From the NCBI GenBank assembly GCA_002841395.1, contig PGZM01000002.1, forward strand, positions 576,459-640,458: a DNA stretch of 64,000 nt, in the 5' to 3' direction. Source of the DNA: Firmicutes bacterium HGW-Firmicutes-9. Lineage in GTDB: Bacteria > Bacillota > Clostridia > Christensenellales > CAG-138. The notes under the pieces were generated by a model. The model had not been told where the DNA came from and did no database searches. It was given only the letters and a program-made list of their open reading frames with translations. Numbering within the stretch: the stretch's first letter is position 1; each line of letters opens with the position of its first letter. Shown here in pieces: positions 18,925 through 28,139 of this stretch. A program made the position numbers and the translations under genes.

Positions 18925-18968
18925 AATGAACGTGTTCATTATTATACCGCAATATCTGGTGTTGTCAA
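18925..18968 (-). promoter_or_regulatory. Sigma-A promoter with adjacent TetR operator
   Basis: TTGACA-16-TATAAT on the minus strand, immediately followed by the palindrome AATGAAC-GT-GTTCATT. Confidence 0.75.
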
Positions 18969-19150
18969 CCCCACATGCTTCCAAATATACGGACAAAAAA
19001 GTTTCTTCCTGCGATACCATAATTTCACGCTGACGTTGCGGTTTGTCCTTCTCACCCGCGGGAAACGGTTGCCGTATAATTTAGAAGCGTGTATAATAAG
19101 GAATGTGTGTTTTTCAGCACGCGAATATCACCCTATGTTAAAGGAATGCC

Positions 19151-20800
19151 ATGTACGAAAAATACTCGGGATTGCCCGACACAACCAAATCAACCCGCCA
19201 AGGCGGCAGCCACACAGCTGATCGCTTGAATAACCACCCCGCAAGAGCCGCGAGTGGTCAAATGGAGTATTATCAGGCGCCGAACCGCACGGGCTCACAA
19301 GCCTCGGCGAAGCGCACGAGTACGCGCCGCGCAAAGGCCCGTAAACGCAAGTTGATTCTCGGGGGAATGAGCCTCGCGTTCCTTGCGCTTATTGTTGTTG
19401 CGATCGTTGTCCTGATAAAGAGCTGCTCTGCTCCTGTCGTGGTCGATCTGGAAAACGGCACCTTCCGCAGCGGCGTTGCCATCAACGGCATGGACGTCTC
19501 CGGCAAGACCGTAGATGAAGTGCGCCCGCAGTTGGAGGCCAACGAGGCCACGTTCCTCGAGCGCATCGCCATCACGCTCTCAAGCACGGAATTACACGCA
19601 ACCATCACCGGCGCCGACATGAGTGCTACCACCAATCTCGACGAGATCATTGAGCAGGCGCTTGCCAGTGGTCCGAATCAGAGCTTTTCCACAACGGTCA
19701 GCATTGACGAAGCAGCGCTTGCGACACGCATTGATGCGATCAACCAGACATCCAGCAAGCCGCCCGTGGACGCAAGCGCGACCATGGACTTCTCCAGCAG
19801 CGGCAAACCCACGCCGCAATATATCGAAGGCACCCCGGGCTTCGGCCTTGATATCGCACCGACCATCGAGCTGGTCAAGCAGGCGATTGCCGCAGGACAG
19901 TATCAGACCACGCTGACGCCTTCTCTGACGGCGATACAGCCTTCCATCACCGTAGCGGACATCCAGGCGAACTTCTCCGAGATCGGCAAGTTCACCACGA
20001 CATATGATTACAAAGGCACTGCGGAAGACACCGAAGCGCAGCGCGCCATCATCCCCAACCGCGCGTACAACGTTGAGAAAGCCGCCGACATAATCAACAA
20101 ACAGGTAATCAAACCCGGTGAAAAATGGAGCTTTAACGATGTTGTCGGGGATCGCAACGAGAAGAACGGCTGGAAAGAAGCAAATGGCATCTTCGGCGGC
20201 GATAAGCTGACGCTGCAATATGGCGGCGGCGTCTGCCAGGTCAGCACAACGCTGTATAACGCCCTATTAAGAGCATTCCCGTACATCGAGATTGTGGATC
20301 GGCAGCGGCACAGCATCCCATCTACATATGTCGATATGGGGCTGGATGCAACGGTTGACACCGGACACATCGACTTTATATTTAAGAATACGTCCGATCA
20401 CCCGCTGTATATCTACGCGTATTACTCCAACAACAAGATGGCGAAGAGCCGTAAGCGCGATCTGACCGTGGTAATCTACGGAAAAGCCCTGCCAGAGGGT
20501 GAGGAATACAAACCCCGCACGGTAGTCGTCTCCGAGGAGCCGCCGGGAGAAGAAGAAGTTTCCGAGACGAAGAACCTCTTTATCGGTGAAGAAAAGATTC
20601 TTGCCGAAGCGCGTTCCAAGTTTGTTGTGCAGGTGTTCATTGATCATTACGTGAATGGTCAAGTGGTCGAGCCGATCTACATCGGAGAAGATGTTTATCC
20701 CGGCAACCCGCTGAGAAAGCAGGTCGGCATTAAACCGACGCCAACGCCGGAACCCTCACCTACGCCGGTTCTCACACCATCTCCGTCTACGAATCCTTAA
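19151..20800 (+). CDS. VanW-family membrane-anchored cell-envelope protein
   Basis: Single TM; GGGVCQVSTTLYNA, RHS and GLDATV; Pro/Thr-rich tail. Confidence 0.85.
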   Translation: MYEKYSGLPDTTKSTRQGGSHTADRLNNHPARAASGQMEYYQAPNRTGSQASAKRTSTRRAKARKRKLILGGMSLAFLALIVVAIVVLIKSCSAPVVVDLENGTFRSGVAINGMDVSGKTVDEVRPQLEANEATFLERIAITLSSTELHATITGADMSATTNLDEIIEQALASGPNQSFSTTVSIDEAALATRIDAINQTSSKPPVDASATMDFSSSGKPTPQYIEGTPGFGLDIAPTIELVKQAIAAGQYQTTLTPSLTAIQPSITVADIQANFSEIGKFTTTYDYKGTAEDTEAQRAIIPNRAYNVEKAADIINKQVIKPGEKWSFNDVVGDRNEKNGWKEANGIFGGDKLTLQYGGGVCQVSTTLYNALLRAFPYIEIVDRQRHSIPSTYVDMGLDATVDTGHIDFIFKNTSDHPLYIYAYYSNNKMAKSRKRDLTVVIYGKALPEGEEYKPRTVVVSEEPPGEEEVSETKNLFIGEEKILAEARSKFVVQVFIDHYVNGQVVEPIYIGEDVYPGNPLRKQVGIKPTPTPEPSPTPVLTPSPSTNP

Positions 20801-20816
20801 AAAAGACAATCCGCAT

Positions 20817-20854
20817 AAAAAAAGAGCGGAAGCATTGCTTCCGCTCTTTTTTTT
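20817..20854. terminator. Bidirectional terminator
   Basis: AAAAAAAGAGCGGAAGC-ATT-GCTTCCGCTCTTTTTTT. Confidence 0.9.
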
Positions 20855-20868
20855 GTGTGTTATTGTCG

Positions 20869-21312
20869 CTAATCTACTTCTACTTTTTCTCGCTTTGTCC
20901 GATAGATCACAAATCTGCGTGAAAAGAAGTTGAACAGATACGTCACAACGCCGGAGATCAGTCTTGAGACGCGATAATCAATCTTGAGGAGATCTGTAAA
21001 AAGATACATGCTCCCTTCCGTAATCGCAAGCGCAAGCATCGAGATGGTCAGAAACAGCGCCAGTTCTTTGAATAACGAAAGATTTCCCCTCTGGAATACG
21101 ATCCAGATGCCGATCAGATAGTTGACCGCAATGCCGATTAAGAACGCGATCGGCACTGCAACAAGATAATGTAGCCCTACCCATTCCTTCAGCGCAAGCA
21201 GCGCTGCATAGTCCGCGACAAAGCCGCCAAAGGCAGCCAATCCATACTTGATCGCCTGCACAGGAATCTTGTCGCCTAGATGTATCTTTTCTTTCTCTAA
21301 TAGATTTCGCAT
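20869..21312 (-). CDS. GtrA-family membrane protein
   Basis: 4 TM helices; GGFVADY, AVNYL..WIVF and FNFFSRRFVIY. Confidence 0.8.
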   Translation of the reverse strand: MRNLLEKEKIHLGDKIPVQAIKYGLAAFGGFVADYAALLALKEWVGLHYLVAVPIAFLIGIAVNYLIGIWIVFQRGNLSLFKELALFLTISMLALAITEGSMYLFTDLLKIDYRVSRLISGVVTYLFNFFSRRFVIYRTKREKVEVD

Positions 21313-21358
21313 GCTCCCAGTATAGCAATCTCAAAGGAACGAAACAACTGCATCGCAC

Positions 21359-21389
21359 AAAAAAAGAACCACCCTGTTGGGTGGTTCTT
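21359..21389 (-). terminator. Terminator after ispH-rpsA
   Basis: AAGAACCACCC/GGGTGGTTCTT stem with an A-run on +. Confidence 0.8.
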
Positions 21390-21401
21390 GTGTAAGTCTG
21401 C

Positions 21402-23741
21402 TTACTCGTCGACCTTGAGGCCTTCGAAGAGCGACGCCAGAGAGGTCTTTGCTTCCTGCACCGGCGGCAGTTCGTAATCGCCATCCTCGTTGTTGCGACG
21501 GCGGCGGTCACCGCTGTCTCTGAAGGAACGGTCGCCGCTGGACGAACGCGGTGCGCGCTCAGGGCGCTCCGTGCGGGTCTGCGACTGCTGGCTCTGCTGC
21601 CCGTCACGCTGCTGCTGACGCTGTTCCTGACGCTCCGCATACTGGCGGTCGCGCTCGGCTCTCTCTGCGGCAATCTGCTCGGCAAGCGCGGGATCCTCTT
21701 CGAGGAGCGCTTCTTTACGGCTGAGGCTGATGCGCTTGGCTTCGGGGCTGACCTCGAGAACCTTGCAACGAACCACATCGCCGACCTTGAGCTCGTCTTC
21801 GACCTTCGCAATGCGATGGACGGAAACCTGCGAGATATGGATGAGGCCGTCGATCGTGCTCTCGAGCGCGACAAACGCGCCGAACGGAACGATGCGGACA
21901 ACCTTGCCCTCTACGATGGAGCCAACCGCATACTTCTCACCGGCAAGCATCCAGGGCTTGGGCTGAAGCTGCTTGTAGCCGAGGGAAACGCGCTCTTTCT
22001 CGACATCCACATTCAGGATGAGCACTTCGATCTCCTGACCGATTGCAAACACATCCGAAGGATGCTTGACGCGGCCCCATGCGGCGTCGGTCACGTGAAC
22101 AAGGCCGTCGATGCCGCCGATGTCCACAAACGCGCCGAAATCGGCAATTCTGCGCACCACGCCGTTGACTTTGCTGCCGACGACGAGCTGTTCCCATTTC
22201 GCGTGCTTCTCAGCTGCCTGTTCTGCGAGCAGAACCTGTTTCTGGGACGCGACGATGCGCTTTCTCTGGCGATCTACTTCCAGAACCTTGAGTCGCATGG
22301 GCTTGCCAACGAACTCGCTGAGGTTCTCGATATACTTGGTGGAAACCTGAGACGCAGGAACGAACGCGCGAATGCCGCTGATGTCAGCAATCATGCCGCC
22401 TTTGACGACCTCTTTGCCGACCGCTTCGAAGATTTTCTCTTCGATGTTCTCCTGGCTGAGCAGCTCGTCCCAGAGTTTCTTGCTTTCAACGTTCTTACGG
22501 GAGAGGAGCACGTTGCCGTCGCCGTCGTTCACCTTGGTGACTTCGACTTCGATGGTATCGCCTTCTTTAAACAAGTCTTCGGCTTTCACGTCCGAGTCGC
22601 TGGAAAGCTCACCCATGGGGATCACACCGTCGGATTTGTAGCCGACGTTAACAAACACTTCGCCGTCAACGATCGAGATGACCGTTCCTTCAAGCACCTG
22701 TCCGTTGTGAATGCGCGTCATGGTCTTCTCAAATGCGGACGCAAAATCAGAACTGTCCTCGTGATCCGCACTGGATTCTTCTTTCTCAGTCACTGTGGCT
22801 TTGGGCGCTTCCACAGCTGCCACGACTTCTTCGGTTACCTGGGGCACGACGACTTCCTCAGCGGGAGCTTCCGCTTCAATGGTTTCGATCGTCGTTTTTT
22901 CCTGTTCGCTCATTACTTGTAGTACCTCCCTAATCATCCGGTCCGGCGTCGATGCGCCCGCAACAATACCTATTATATCATCGGATAGTAATTTATCAAG
23001 CAAAAGTTTGTCGATGGAATCGATGTTTTCCGTATTTTTACAGTGTTTTTTGCATATTTCTACTAGCTTCTGTGTGTTTGCGCTCGATTTTGAGCCGAGT
23101 ACCAGCATCCGCTTGCTACGACGTGATATCTCCTCTGCTTCCTTCTGGCGGTCACGCGTGGTATCGCAGATCGTATTACGAATTTGAAGTTGGAGTGCGT
23201 TTTCAAAGCGGGCTTGAATGGCACGCTCTATGGCATAAAACGTCTCTTCTGGCAGCGTCGTCTGCGCAACGAGCACTGCTTTCCCTATTTCGGGAAGAGA
23301 AGCCACGTCCGCCTCCGCCTCCAACACATACGCTTGTCCGCCGGCCCAACCCCGGATGCCAATCACCTCGGGATGGTTCGCCTTGCCTGCGATCAGAACC
23401 GTGTTTCCTTCCTGCGTCGCCTGCTCCACGATCTTGTGAATGCGTTTGACATACGGGCAGGTCGCATCGATCAAGCGAATCCCCTTCTGTTCACTCTGCT
23501 CATACACGCTTGGCGGTGCGCCGTGCGCACGAATGATGAGCGTGTCTCCCGCATGGAGCGAGTCCAGGTTTTCAACTGAATGCACGCCTTTGTCCGCAAG
23601 TTCAGCGATAACGGACTCGTTGTGAATAATGTTGCCATAGGTATAGACGGTTCCGCATTCGGCTGCGCACGCCTCGGCCATCTCGACCGCGCGGCGTACG
23701 CCAAAGCAGAATCCACTGTTTTTTGCCAAGTAAATCTTCAT
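21402..23741 (-). CDS. ispH: Bifunctional IspH (HMBPP reductase) / 30S ribosomal protein S1 fusion
   Basis: GFCFGV, DATCPYV and TICDTT Fe-S cysteines; AGASTP; then four S1 repeats (e.g. FGAFVDIGGIDGLVH). Confidence 0.93.
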   Translation of the reverse strand: MKIYLAKNSGFCFGVRRAVEMAEACAAECGTVYTYGNIIHNESVIAELADKGVHSVENLDSLHAGDTLIIRAHGAPPSVYEQSEQKGIRLIDATCPYVKRIHKIVEQATQEGNTVLIAGKANHPEVIGIRGWAGGQAYVLEAEADVASLPEIGKAVLVAQTTLPEETFYAIERAIQARFENALQLQIRNTICDTTRDRQKEAEEISRRSKRMLVLGSKSSANTQKLVEICKKHCKNTENIDSIDKLLLDKLLSDDIIGIVAGASTPDRMIREVLQVMSEQEKTTIETIEAEAPAEEVVVPQVTEEVVAAVEAPKATVTEKEESSADHEDSSDFASAFEKTMTRIHNGQVLEGTVISIVDGEVFVNVGYKSDGVIPMGELSSDSDVKAEDLFKEGDTIEVEVTKVNDGDGNVLLSRKNVESKKLWDELLSQENIEEKIFEAVGKEVVKGGMIADISGIRAFVPASQVSTKYIENLSEFVGKPMRLKVLEVDRQRKRIVASQKQVLLAEQAAEKHAKWEQLVVGSKVNGVVRRIADFGAFVDIGGIDGLVHVTDAAWGRVKHPSDVFAIGQEIEVLILNVDVEKERVSLGYKQLQPKPWMLAGEKYAVGSIVEGKVVRIVPFGAFVALESTIDGLIHISQVSVHRIAKVEDELKVGDVVRCKVLEVSPEAKRISLSRKEALLEEDPALAEQIAAERAERDRQYAERQEQRQQQRDGQQSQQSQTRTERPERAPRSSSGDRSFRDSGDRRRRNNEDGDYELPPVQEAKTSLASLFEGLKVDE

Positions 23742-23754
23742 ATTTTATCTTGCC

Positions 23755-24348
23755 TTACGGCAGACGCTCCAGTTCGTTCTTGAGATTTTGCAAGCTGTCG
23801 CGGATTGCGTCCGTTACGGCGTCCACCCCGCGTCCCGCAAAGGTTTTGGATACTTCGTTCGGGTCGATCGGTTCGCCGACGATCATGCGCACGCGCTTGC
23901 GTTTCTTCCAGTCCGGGTCGGCGTAGATCGGGATAATCGGTGAGCTGCAGCGCAGCGCGAGAAACGCAGCGCCCTTTTCAAACGAGTCCAGCTCGCCCGT
24001 CAAAGAACGGCGTCCTTCCGGAAAAATGCCGAAGATATGGTTTTTCTCCAGCACACCCATCGCCTGCTTGAGCGAAAGCATATCCGCCTGTTTCCGGTAG
24101 ACGGGAAACGCCAATAGTCCTTTGAGGAAGAATCGCTTAACCGGTGTGTCAAACAACTCCTGCTTTGCCATGAAGTGAATCGGTCTCGGGGCCACCATCG
24201 CAAGACGAATCGGATCGCCCAGTGAAAAGTGGTTGGAGATCAGGATGCCGCGACCGCGAAAAAAGAGCCTGCCGAAGTTTTTGACCATCGGCCGGTAGAA
24301 AAGCCAGAAGAATGGCGAAAGCAGATATTTGACGATGAAGTAAAGCAT
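23755..24348 (-). CDS. plsC: 1-acyl-sn-glycerol-3-phosphate acyltransferase
   Basis: NHFSLGD (NHx4D), FMAKQEL and IFPEG. Confidence 0.9.
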   Translation of the reverse strand: MLYFIVKYLLSPFFWLFYRPMVKNFGRLFFRGRGILISNHFSLGDPIRLAMVAPRPIHFMAKQELFDTPVKRFFLKGLLAFPVYRKQADMLSLKQAMGVLEKNHIFGIFPEGRRSLTGELDSFEKGAAFLALRCSSPIIPIYADPDWKKRKRVRMIVGEPIDPNEVSKTFAGRGVDAVTDAIRDSLQNLKNELERLP

Positions 24349-24415
24349 AGGTGGTGCGCTTCCTTATATAATGTTCGCGTTCTCGGCACAGGTTTGCCGC
24401 AGTTACGCGGCTGTT

Positions 24416-25096
24416 TTACCGATCCTGTTTCTCCGCAATCGCATTGAGCAGCGTTGTGAGCGCTTCGTCGATGGTCATCTCGCTCGTGTCGATGCGCAGC
24501 GAATCCTCCGTTTGTCGAAGCGGCATATAGGCGCGCGTGCTGTCGTTATGGTCACGCAGCTTGATGTCCGCGAGCACCTGCTCGTATGTTTCCTGCATGC
24601 TCCCGCGTGCGCGAAGTTCCTTCAGGCGGCGTTCCGCGCGGACTTCCGGGCTCGCGGTGACGAAAAACTTATGCTTTGTGTGCGGCAACACGTTGGTCGT
24701 GATATCGCGCCCGTCCATGACGACGTCATAGTTGCGCCCGACCTCGCGCTGCAGTTCCGCAAGCTTTTCCCGTACACACGGGTGTGCGCTGACCGTTGAA
24801 GCACCCATCGCAAGCTCCTGCGTGCGGAGCACGTCGGTCACGTCCTCGTCTCCGATCAATACGCGCTGTCCGCGCTCGTCATACTGTACGCGAATGTCCG
24901 CATCGTCGAGAATCGTGCGAAGGCCCGCTTCGTCGCTGACGCTGACGCCGCGCCGCGTGGCAAACAACGCCATCGCGCGATACATTGAACCCGTGTCTAG
25001 ATAACGAATTTGTAGTGCGCTTGCAACCGCTTTTGCAAGTGTGGATTTACCGGCGCCGGAAGGCCCATCAATCGCGATATTGAGGTGTTCGCTCAT
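24416..25096 (-). CDS. cmk: Cytidylate kinase
   Basis: IAIDGPSGAGKST, LDTGSMYR and VMDGRDI. Confidence 0.95.
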   Translation of the reverse strand: MSEHLNIAIDGPSGAGKSTLAKAVASALQIRYLDTGSMYRAMALFATRRGVSVSDEAGLRTILDDADIRVQYDERGQRVLIGDEDVTDVLRTQELAMGASTVSAHPCVREKLAELQREVGRNYDVVMDGRDITTNVLPHTKHKFFVTASPEVRAERRLKELRARGSMQETYEQVLADIKLRDHNDSTRAYMPLRQTEDSLRIDTSEMTIDEALTTLLNAIAEKQDR

Positions 25097-25113
25097 CGGT
25101 CTTCTCCCGTCTG

Positions 25114-26331
25114 TTATATTATACTATCCCCTGCCAGCGCGCCCGTTGACCAGGCAATCTGGAGGTTATATCCACCCGTTGTGGCGTCGATATCGAGCAC
25201 TTCGCCCGCGAAATACAGTCCCTTGACTCGTTTGCTCTCCATGGTGGACGCATTCACGTCCTTGACGCTCACGCCGCCACGGGTCACCACCGCTTCATTG
25301 AGCCCGCGCGCACCGCTGACGGTCAGCGGCAGGCCTTTCAGCATCTCCACCAGTTTGAGCCGCATGGCTTTGCTGAGCTGTCCGACGGGTAGTGCGCCAT
25401 CGACCTCCGCCAATTCCAACACAATCTCCAGCAAGCGTTGCGGCAGTAAAGCATGCAGCGCGGTCTTGACCTGCTGCCGTGCGCCTTCCTGCAAATCCCG
25501 CAACAGTCTCGCGTCGAGTTGCTCGCGCGACAAGGCGGGTTTTAGGTCGATCTTGAGTCGCGTGCCGGCGGGCTGTCCCGCAATCACTCCCGAGAGCGAT
25601 AACACCAGAGGTCCGGAAATACCGAAATGTGTAAAGAGCATCTCGCCCAGTTCTGAGAATATCTGCTTGTATTTCTTTTCCGCGGAAAGCGTGACGTTCT
25701 TGAGGGTCAATCCAGCGAGCTCGCGCGGCCAGGTTTCCTCCGTCACGAGCGGCACGAGCGAGGCGACCGGTTCTTCCACCGTGTGGCCTGTTGCGCGCGC
25801 AAAATCATAGCCGTCGCCCGTAGAACCCGTCTGCGGATACGAAATGCCGCCCGTCGCAATGACAACCGCATCGCAAGGGAGCGTTTCTTTCCCGATACGG
25901 ATACCGTTTACCGCGCCGTCACTCACCAGTATCTCGTCCACGCGCGTATTGAGCCGAATCGCAGCTCCCGCGTCGCGCACGATCTTCTCACACGCGCGGA
26001 GGATATCGTTGGACTTGTCGGAGACGGGAAACACCCGCCCGCCGCGCTCTGTCTTTAATGGAACGCCAGCCTGCTCGATCCGCTCCATGAGCGCTTTGTT
26101 GTCAAAATGCGAAAACGCGCTGTACAAAAAGCGCGGATTACGCAGCACATGTTCAAAGAATGCATCGCGTTCCGCCACGTTGGTGACGTTGCAGCGGCCT
26201 TTTCCGGTGATATAGAGCTTCTTTCCGAGCTTTTCGTTGCGTTCAAAAAGCGTGACGCGGTGCCCGTTACGGGCTGCGTTTGCCGCGGCAAGCATGCCCG
26301 CAGGACCGCCGCCGATCACGAAAACGATCAT
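25114..26331 (-). CDS. HI0933/BaiN-family flavoprotein
   Basis: GGGPAG, ITGKGRCNVTN, GSTGDGY and TGGYNLQ; GAGGAG RBS. Confidence 0.9.
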   Translation of the reverse strand: MIVFVIGGGPAGMLAAANAARNGHRVTLFERNEKLGKKLYITGKGRCNVTNVAERDAFFEHVLRNPRFLYSAFSHFDNKALMERIEQAGVPLKTERGGRVFPVSDKSNDILRACEKIVRDAGAAIRLNTRVDEILVSDGAVNGIRIGKETLPCDAVVIATGGISYPQTGSTGDGYDFARATGHTVEEPVASLVPLVTEETWPRELAGLTLKNVTLSAEKKYKQIFSELGEMLFTHFGISGPLVLSLSGVIAGQPAGTRLKIDLKPALSREQLDARLLRDLQEGARQQVKTALHALLPQRLLEIVLELAEVDGALPVGQLSKAMRLKLVEMLKGLPLTVSGARGLNEAVVTRGGVSVKDVNASTMESKRVKGLYFAGEVLDIDATTGGYNLQIAWSTGALAGDSII

Positions 26332-27197
26332 GTATGCTCCTCTTTGACCGCTTCGGAGAGGTAGACGCCCTCTGCATGCCAAACCTCTTCCAGCTGCGTA
26401 AGGTGCTGGTAGGCCTCGTCTTTGCGCGCGTGCCCGATGGCCACGATGATCGCATTGATCAGCGACAGCGGTGCAACAAGCGAGTCAGCAAACGACGCCA
26501 TATCGCTGCGTGCACAAAGCGTGAAATCGGAGATGCGCGCGACAGGAGACGTCGGCATATCAGTCAGCGCGATCAAGGTCGCACCCTTGGATTTTGCATA
26601 CTTCATCGCGTCCACGGTGCGCGCGCTGTAACGCGGGAAGCTGATGCCAAAGCATACGTCCTGCGCGTCCACGCGGAGCATACGCTCATGGATATCCTGA
26701 ACCGCGCCGTTGACGAACATGACGTTGTCGCAGACATAGTCGAGATAATACGTCAAAAACTGCGCAAGCGACATCGCGCTGCGAATACCGAGCACATAGA
26801 TGCGCCGCGCGCGGAGAATCGCGTTAATCGCGCCATCGAAACTCTCGTTGTCGATCATATCGATGGTCGCGCGAATGTTGTTCATATCGGAGGATAGCAC
26901 TGTTTTCAGCACATCCTGCTGCGGAATGTTGGCGGCAAGACGGATGCGCTGCACGCTGGTCAGCCTGTGCCGGATGAGATCCTGCAATGCTTCCTGCAGC
27001 GCGGGATAGCCGTCGAGACCGAGCATGTACGCAAAGCGGACTACGGTAGACTCGGAGACGCCGACGCGCTCGCCCAACTTCGCCGCGGTCATAAACGCAG
27101 CGTCGTCATAGGAGTTGAAGATGTATTCCGCGATGCGCCTCTGTCCTTTGGAAAAGGTGGAATACTGCTTTTCCATCATCGAAAACAATGCATCCAT
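26328..27197 (-). CDS. MurR/RpiR-family transcriptional regulator
   Basis: GVSESTVVRFA HTH plus SIS domain (ISFPRYS). Confidence 0.9.
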   Translation of the reverse strand: MDALFSMMEKQYSTFSKGQRRIAEYIFNSYDDAAFMTAAKLGERVGVSESTVVRFAYMLGLDGYPALQEALQDLIRHRLTSVQRIRLAANIPQQDVLKTVLSSDMNNIRATIDMIDNESFDGAINAILRARRIYVLGIRSAMSLAQFLTYYLDYVCDNVMFVNGAVQDIHERMLRVDAQDVCFGISFPRYSARTVDAMKYAKSKGATLIALTDMPTSPVARISDFTLCARSDMASFADSLVAPLSLINAIIVAIGHARKDEAYQHLTQLEEVWHAEGVYLSEAVKEEHT

Positions 27198-27245
27198 TGC
27201 CCTTGATTCCTCCAAAATTCGTAAGGTTTTTTGTCGCGAATGATT

Positions 27246-28013
27246 TTACCCGAGCCAACGGATATCGTGCGTGTCCATCTCGCCGATGCGGGGATATTGC
27301 GTCAGGTCGTAGGTGATCGGCGTAAGGGTGACATATCCTTCTCGCACCCAGCGGTCGTCGACGTCCAAGCCATCTGAACAGGTCGTGCAGCCGCGCGGGC
27401 ACCAATAATACGTTCTGCCAAACGGGTCCTTGCGCTCGACATACTCCAACGCATACTCCTCAACCGCGAGCGGTGTCACCTTGATACCCTTGAGCGCTTC
27501 GAACGGAAGCCCCGGCACGTTGACATTCAAGACCGTGCCAAACGACAGCGGATGATCTTTCAGATAATCCACCGCAAACGCCGCGATGCGAGCCGCGGTC
27601 TCCATATGTTCACCTATATAGGAAAGATTTGATACCGCAATGGCCTGATAGCCAAGCAGGGCAGCCTCGTGCGCGGCGGCGACCGTGCCACTATAGAGCA
27701 CGTCTGTGCCGAGATTAGGGCCGTGATTGATGCCGGAAACAACGATGTCCGGCGTAGAGAACAGATTGCCAAGAGCCAGGCGGATGCAGTCGACCGGCGT
27801 TCCGCTGATGGCAAATGCCGGAACGTCCGGCAGTCCTTCAATGCGCGTTGCATGCGCGCGGAGCGGTTCGTTGAGTGTCATCGCGCGGCTGACTGCACTG
27901 CGTTCCCGATCCGGTGCGGAAATAAATATTTCGTGATGCCGGTTCAGTTCGGTTGCGAGGGCTCTTATTCCAGCGGCAAATACGCCGTCATCATTGCTTA
28001 AAAGTAATTTCAT
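27246..28013 (-). CDS. surE: 5'/3'-nucleotidase SurE
   Basis: LSNDDG, GTPVDC and SGINHGPNLG..YSGTV. Confidence 0.95.
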   Translation of the reverse strand: MKLLLSNDDGVFAAGIRALATELNRHHEIFISAPDRERSAVSRAMTLNEPLRAHATRIEGLPDVPAFAISGTPVDCIRLALGNLFSTPDIVVSGINHGPNLGTDVLYSGTVAAAHEAALLGYQAIAVSNLSYIGEHMETAARIAAFAVDYLKDHPLSFGTVLNVNVPGLPFEALKGIKVTPLAVEEYALEYVERKDPFGRTYYWCPRGCTTCSDGLDVDDRWVREGYVTLTPITYDLTQYPRIGEMDTHDIRWLG

Positions 28014-28082
28014 GCAGGAACTCCGTCAAGTAATCGTAAAAGCATTGTACCATACCGCGTACAGGAATGCAAAAAAGAAAAA

Positions 28083-28114
28083 ATGTGCAGGAGCGAAGAT
28101 TCGCACCTGCACAT
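28083..28114 (-). terminator. Hairpin, probable terminator
   Basis: ATGTGCAGG..CCTGCACAT preceded by A-runs on +. Confidence 0.65.
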
Positions 28115-28139
28115 AAAGTAAATTTGTTGCAAATGTATC

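Noticed and set aside
18925-18940. LexA/SOS box (GAAC...GTTC), also at about 11167
   Set aside because: The spacer is 2 nt rather than the 4 nt of the Firmicute SOS box; the 18925 site is better explained as a TetR operator.
11430-18970. Integrative element or prophage at tRNA-Pro (and at tRNA-Ser)
   Set aside because: No integrase, transposase, phage genes or att-like duplication of the tRNA 3' end.
19151-20800. Vancomycin-resistance locus (vanW plus ddl)
   Set aside because: VanW domains are common housekeeping envelope proteins; Ddl has a D-Ala-D-Ala-type omega loop (YDYQHKY); no vanH/X/R/S genes.
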